64,000 nucleotides of DNA from Iphione sp. A-MEVVRFRX5 (Eukaryota), in NCBI GenBank assembly GCA_976226885.1, contig OZ320316.1, positions 88,164,001 to 88,228,000 of the forward strand. The letters run 5' to 3'. Position numbers and translations under genes: made by a program. The notes beneath the pieces are model-generated. The model saw nothing but the letters and a program-made list of their open reading frames with translations, made no database searches and was not told the origin of the DNA. This document shows positions 58,301 through 64,000 of the stretch, piece by piece (positions within the stretch are counted from its first letter, which is position 1; each line of letters begins with the position of its first letter).

Positions 58301-59444
58301 GAGGCACTTCTCGTGATAAATGCCTGACCAAGGAGCCACCAGCCACTGCTGCTCAAGGGCCGGGCCACGAGAGGCCCTTCTGTTTCCTGGCATCCAGGAA
58401 AGCCATTAGTTATGTGGCTGCGTCCAAGGACAGACCTGGCACGGCTGAAGGGGCTGACATATTAGGGCGCACATTGCCCTCCGGCGCACTGAATAATACA
58501 ACAGAGCTCCCGTATGGTAAGCCATTGTCATCACACACAAACACGATTTAACACATGCTAGTTTTGAGCGTAGACACCCTTCGTCAAAATAGACGTACTT
58601 GTCCTTTATCTAATGTCAGCTGGTGGTTTGATAATTTTTGGTTGGCCTGCCAAGAGCGTCCGGTGACCTTCAATCATGTCGTGAGTATTGCTAGCCTCGG
58701 CCACACCTGTCCGGACACCACGGAAAGCTGCCATCTGCATTACCCAGGCTTAGAAATATCACATATCGAATGATCACAGAAATACCGTATGGCAAACTGC
58801 ATCATAGTGAAGAAAACAGAGCACGATTTTAATAATAATGTTTTACGAAAATCTTTATTTTCTCACAATAAGGACAACAATCAGTTTCACGTCATCTTTT
58901 TGTGTTGTGACTTGGAGAGGCATTCATTTACCTGAATAATGTAAATACATGTACAATAATCAAACAAGGCAGAGCGTAAATTATGATGCCCTCTTCGGGG
59001 AATTAATACCAAGATTACCTTCCCCTGAGAAATGACCCTACATTCCTGGCGTTGTTTCTCCGTATCCGTAGGTTAATCTTCCGATTACTCGGTCGGGTCT
59101 TGTTATTGATTTGGCTTTCAGTACCTATAATCATTACCGGAAACAATCACTTGAACATGCATCGACTTTGAAGATTACTTCGCCCCTCCTTAACGATGAC
59201 CCTTTCCTTTTAAACCACCATCTTAGAAATATTTATGTTTGAGGAAAGGTGATTCGGAGGAAAAAAAGTTTCCGAAAGGATGCTTTGCTGAAAAGGGTCA
59301 CAATTGCCAGCAGGCAGAGCCTCGCATAGACAAAGACAAGCCGGTCTTGATCACTGATGAAGGATCAGAGCCGAAAAGCGCACTTCAAACATAGTGAGGG
59401 GCCATTCATCAGCGGGGAGGTCACAGCGTGTGGGTGGTCATTCA

Positions 59445-59979
59445 TCAGACTCTGGTCAGTGCTGCCTGCTTCGTCAGCCAGTCATAGCATCTCTTTTTGA
59501 ACAGCCAGAGGCCATCACGCCCCGCCGAGGAGTGTGCAGTCTTAGCCCCATGCAGCAGGTGAAACTCTGTGCGGTCGTAGGGTAGACGTTGACACCATTT
59601 TCCCATTAATCTTCCATGGGTGATATCCTTCCCTCCCCTAATGCGCAGAATTACCTGGGTACACTCACGGGCTGGAATTGCCTGTGGGAAGATGCACTGC
59701 TCGTCTTGCATCTTCATCTGGAGGGAAATTGACCTTGAAGGGGTAAATATGCGGTGCGCCTTTTCGAAGGCCTCTTCTAATGTTTGGGTCGTCCTGTGGC
59801 TTTTTTCCGCATTAAGGTCTGGATCAAAGGTATGGATCCATTTCAGTGCTCCATCACCTTTGGTTGTCCTTCTACCTTTCCTGATGTTTGTAGGATATGG
59901 GCAAAGCGGACCAACGCGGAGTTCCTGCGTTGTCTCTAGGGTACTATCAGTCAGGTCCCGGAACTGCCACCAGGGTGAC
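59445..59979 (-). other. Candidate terminal exon or unassigned 177-codon open frame
   Basis: Acceptor-like TTCCTTACTTTTATAG| before 59979, one long open frame to a stop at 59445, and an AATAAA ~600 nt downstream on the minus strand. No recognisable domain. Confidence 0.25.
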
Positions 59980-62584
59980 CTATAAAAGTAAGGAACGGTC
60001 ACGTGCCTGTGTCTACATCAAATACACCCGAAATAAATCATGTAGCTTTGTCACAAAATCAAAGACTGTGTGCAATAAATATTTACAGAGAGCAGACATG
60101 AGAAGGCGTGAATTTCCGTTGTGTTGAGGGTGCGGATGATACATGGTTGCCCCGTGCGCGAGCAGTATGTGTGCATTGATTTGGAACACAAAAACGACTC
60201 CTGGTCCAAGCTCAAAAGTGCTTCCCACTTCCAAAGTAGACATTACACGTACACTCTGTCCCACGGAAGCTTGCGAGGTCAACACTGAGAAGAGAATGGC
60301 AAGGTTGAAAGGTCAATTAGCTTATGTCAAAGTTGATGCACGACACCGTGCAAAGGCTTCTCCCAAGACGTTCTGAATTGGAGCTTTTGACGCGACTCTT
60401 AGTTTATGATCCAGATGCATGTGGGCTTTCACGAGGGCATCGCTCAACATGCAGCAAGCAGTCAGGGACTTTCATCTGTAAAGTGCATATTTCAGGTTGG
60501 TGCATGTAAGGAAATAGCGAGAAATGATGCATAAGCCATCATTTTGCCTTTTACAAAAGAGCCAGCCTTTTAGGCCTATTTGCAGGTGTTATTTATTCTG
60601 TGCACAAAACGCCTCTTACCTTTTTCCACGATAAAATCGGTCGGCAAATGTTTTTGACGTTTTAAACTAATACACTACTTCCAATTTCAATGCACGTGAT
60701 ATACTGTCTCCTCTCTTTATTGAGAATCCTTTGCATCGCAGGGCTTGGACGGACTATCCCATGATTGTGACGTATTTTCCTTCAATGAGATACTGGGCCG
60801 GGGGATGTCATCGCCGCTAATGGACCAGGTTCGGAGGGAATCAAGCCTAAGGATTTAAAATCGCCGCATCTGTCCCAACAAAGCGTCATTGTCCTGGCTG
60901 CCGGTGGTGGCTGCTGGCCGTGAGCCTGGACCCTTGCAGGTATTGTCAGGCAGGGCAGGTGAAGGGAAACCCGCTGCGACGGGGACGGCCATTGGAGACA
61001 GCTATGCCGGAGTGTGCCTCCTGTTTTTACAGCTCAGCTTTTCCAAACCAGCATCACCATCAATGGAGCTCGGGGCTAATGCATGCCAGCTTTTAATTGA
61101 TACACCGAACAACAAAAGGGCATTAAAATTACACCCCAGTGTATTGAGTACCAAATCAGCTCCAATGTTACAGTCCTAGTTTCTCATGTACCGTGTGCGC
61201 AGTACGAAATCACAGCATTTGAATCACGTTGTGCTCAAATGTGTCCAAGAAATTCTCCATCTTCCTATCTTTTTTAAAAGATTTTACCTTGAGTTTATCT
61301 TGATCACCACTCTAAGAGCTTTGGATATTTAAGATTGAAAGTACATAGTCCATTGTGCGTGTCCTGTCGTTGGCAATTGTATGTGGTATCTATTATCAAG
61401 TTGCAGATTATGTATATTTTCTTAATAGTGCTGCGGGAAGAACGTCTTTTTATGTTCGATCGATCCCTTTTCGCTGTGGCAAACAGTCCCTAATGGTAAG
61501 CGAAGAGCTCCTCGGTGATCGAGCGCCTAGGTTATTTGGGTCCCACATTTAGGTCACCGGACCGAAGGGTATAGATTCACCGTGCAAAAAAACTGCAGGT
61601 GGAGAGCCAGACACCTCCAGCTGACATTATCCAAATACTCCTCCTCCGATATTAGATATGCCCCAGAGCTATACTCTAAAGTACCTATTACTTGCGGATA
61701 TGACGAGTGATAAATGACCTCAGAATGATTGAGGAAAAAAAGATACGTGAACTGGATAAAGTTTGGTAATACATTCTACGCAGTCTGCAAGATGAACCAC
61801 ATGTATATTAAGAAGATGTGCTTAACAACTACCTCCAGTATACCCCCATATGGTAGATGCAGAGTAAGTTTACTTTGCCTTGTAAAATTCCAAATGACAA
61901 CTCGGCGGAGAACATTTGATGGACTCTTCCTATTATTACGTACACAGAATAGGGCTTGGACCTGTTTCATTTGATCAGCCCTTACCAGGTTCCACAGCGT
62001 CAGTAAAACTTTAATCTAAGTCACCGTGTGCTCTTCTGGCTGTGGCTGTGCCCCGCAGCTCCTATTGATATGAGTGATGATGTGAAAATTTAGGTTAATT
62101 TGCTTAGAATTCGAAGCACAAATAGGGAAGAAGGAGTTGAAGCACCACTTTAGTACCCTATGGATGACCATCTATATTTCTTTGCTGCATGCCCCTGGTC
62201 TCATTTCAGATGCTTAAGATACCATCGTACTGTTTCACAGGTCTACCGAGTGGATACGAACGTGTCCTGATTCTCTACCTCAGATTTTCCAATCAACACA
62301 CATTTACACCTCTCACATGCCTCTCCACAGAAGACTACATGCGTATGCCTTGGCTGCTTGCTTATAGGAAGTACCACTGGCCCACGGCAAGCGAAGGCGT
62401 CGCGCCTGGCCTGCCACCCCCGCAACTATTGTGGTACAGCCCAGTGGCTTGAAGTGTGTCGTGATCGTTGATTGGCTGTTGGCGTGGGCTGTGTGTTGGG
62501 ACCAGCACGTGAAACCCAGGCGGTGAGCATTGGCAGCCAGCAAGTACGGCAGGCGGACACGTGCTGGCAGCTGGTTCGCTGCCA

Positions 62585-62617
62585 CAGCAGCAGCAGCAGC
62601 AACAGCAACAGCAGCAG
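62585..62617. repeat. Mixed CAG/CAA trinucleotide repeat (11 units) in a CpG-rich island
   Basis: CAG5-CAA-CAG-CAA-CAG3, read directly. Confidence 0.9.
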
Positions 62618-64000
62618 GAACGCCGACAACAGTTGCAGCTTACGCCGCGGCGTCTACCGCCGTTCCAGCGACGGGGTGGCATCGCAGGCTAGTGTCTCAT
62701 CCGTCAAACCTGTTGTCGCGGGCAGTAGGCGCAGAGCGGCGGAGTTGTCTAACTACACTCTCTGTAGTCAAGCCCTGGTCCCATTGTGCTCTGTCCAAGT
62801 CAGTGCTGGTAGATGACCATCAATCATCCGAGTTAAGACGGTGGTACACCGAAGCCGGAGATACATACCTCTGAGATGGCGCGGTAGCGCCAATGTGCAT
62901 GCAATAGCTCTCATACATTCCCATCCTGTGGTCTCCTTTCACACGAGCTTGGGAGCTTAAGCGCTTACCATATAGCGGCACCTTTGGAAGTACCATAGCT
63001 GTCTGTTCTGACTACTCAGCTTAAGAATATCCTCAACCAGTGTGACAAATGGAGTTGGTTTCTTATACCAATCATCCGGTGTCAAGGATCTTGCATATAC
63101 CGCCTTAGACATTTGAGAGTTTTGGACAAAATCTCGGAGTACCCAATCCAACAACAAGGTTACTCTACCAGAAAGCGTCGGTCTCTTTTGATGTAAGTAT
63201 AGAATACAATAAAAAACATTAAAGCAGGTCTTAATCTCTGAGCGATACTTACAACTCGGGTATAATACCCTTTGACGAGTATAATCCCTACTTGGGTAGC
63301 ACTGAAGAACGGGAGAACATGGGGACAGGGAATACATTTAAAGGGGCCTCTATTGAAAGGGAGTTGGACACGCCTCTATTGTGGTAGGTAGAGGTTTTAC
63401 AAAAAAAGACGTTTACTCCTCTCGAGTGAGCCGTCCAAGGCCTTTAAAATAGACTAACAGGACTCTTTTTACAACACGAGTGGCAGTGTCCTGCAGGGCT
63501 ACCACGCCCAGGTGTGATATTGCTTATTGTCGACGATAGTGATGAGAAACCAACCCACCTGTCAGGTATGGCTCGACGGGAGCTGGTTTGAACATCCTTG
63601 GGTGACATTTGTGGCTTGAAAGGTTGACAAGGCGGGTTTTCGATGTGTTGAGAACGAAATGCAGTATAGTACAAACACCCCCATTGATAATATATCAAAA
63701 CATAACTGTTAAAAGTAATTCAGAGAAACTATACCATGGTGTGTCTCTCTCTTCGGCAAAACCGACCTATCAGATTACGTACGTCATGTACTTCTTCTAA
63801 AGATAATTATTGATATAGATATGAGTTTGATGTGCAAACATATTGTGACTGATAAATTATGCTTGAGTCGCTCACTGTTCGTCTCAGGTGCTCACCGATG
63901 AGGTGGCCCTGACCTTGAGGGTGGGTTGACTCCCGCTGTCTTGCGCTTCATACCTCCCTCCTCTGGGCGGTGCTCCAAGCTAATCATCTTGAGATGCAGT

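Overview
Eukaryotic (probably invertebrate animal) genomic DNA, mostly non-coding. The dominant feature is one intact, apparently very young Ty3/Gypsy LTR retrotransposon at 11278-21051 (9,774 bp, + strand). It has two 288-bp LTRs that read as identical, a 4-bp GTAT target-site duplication, a tRNA-Leu primer-binding site, a polypurine tract, gag, a -1 frameshift signal and pol (PR-RT-RNaseH-IN). The unusual part is that pol does not stop after integrase. It continues in frame for about 1,280 more codons, encoding a tandem pair of C2H2 zinc fingers, a long Pro/Ser/acidic disordered region and a ~110-aa terminal domain I do not recognise. This is neither env nor a chromodomain, and it looks like an element-encoded transcription or chromatin factor. 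The LTR U3 is built from inverted repeats and a GC-rich motif that recurs inside gag. Elsewhere there is a nest of three PIF/Harbinger-type MITEs (2072-3839) with a second copy of the outer family at 22003-22739, degraded retroelement fossils, microsatellites, a promoter-like CpG-rich region with an RFX X-box near 1 kb, and a few candidate host exons I cannot assign to a gene. All alignments and counts were done by eye and no database searches were run.
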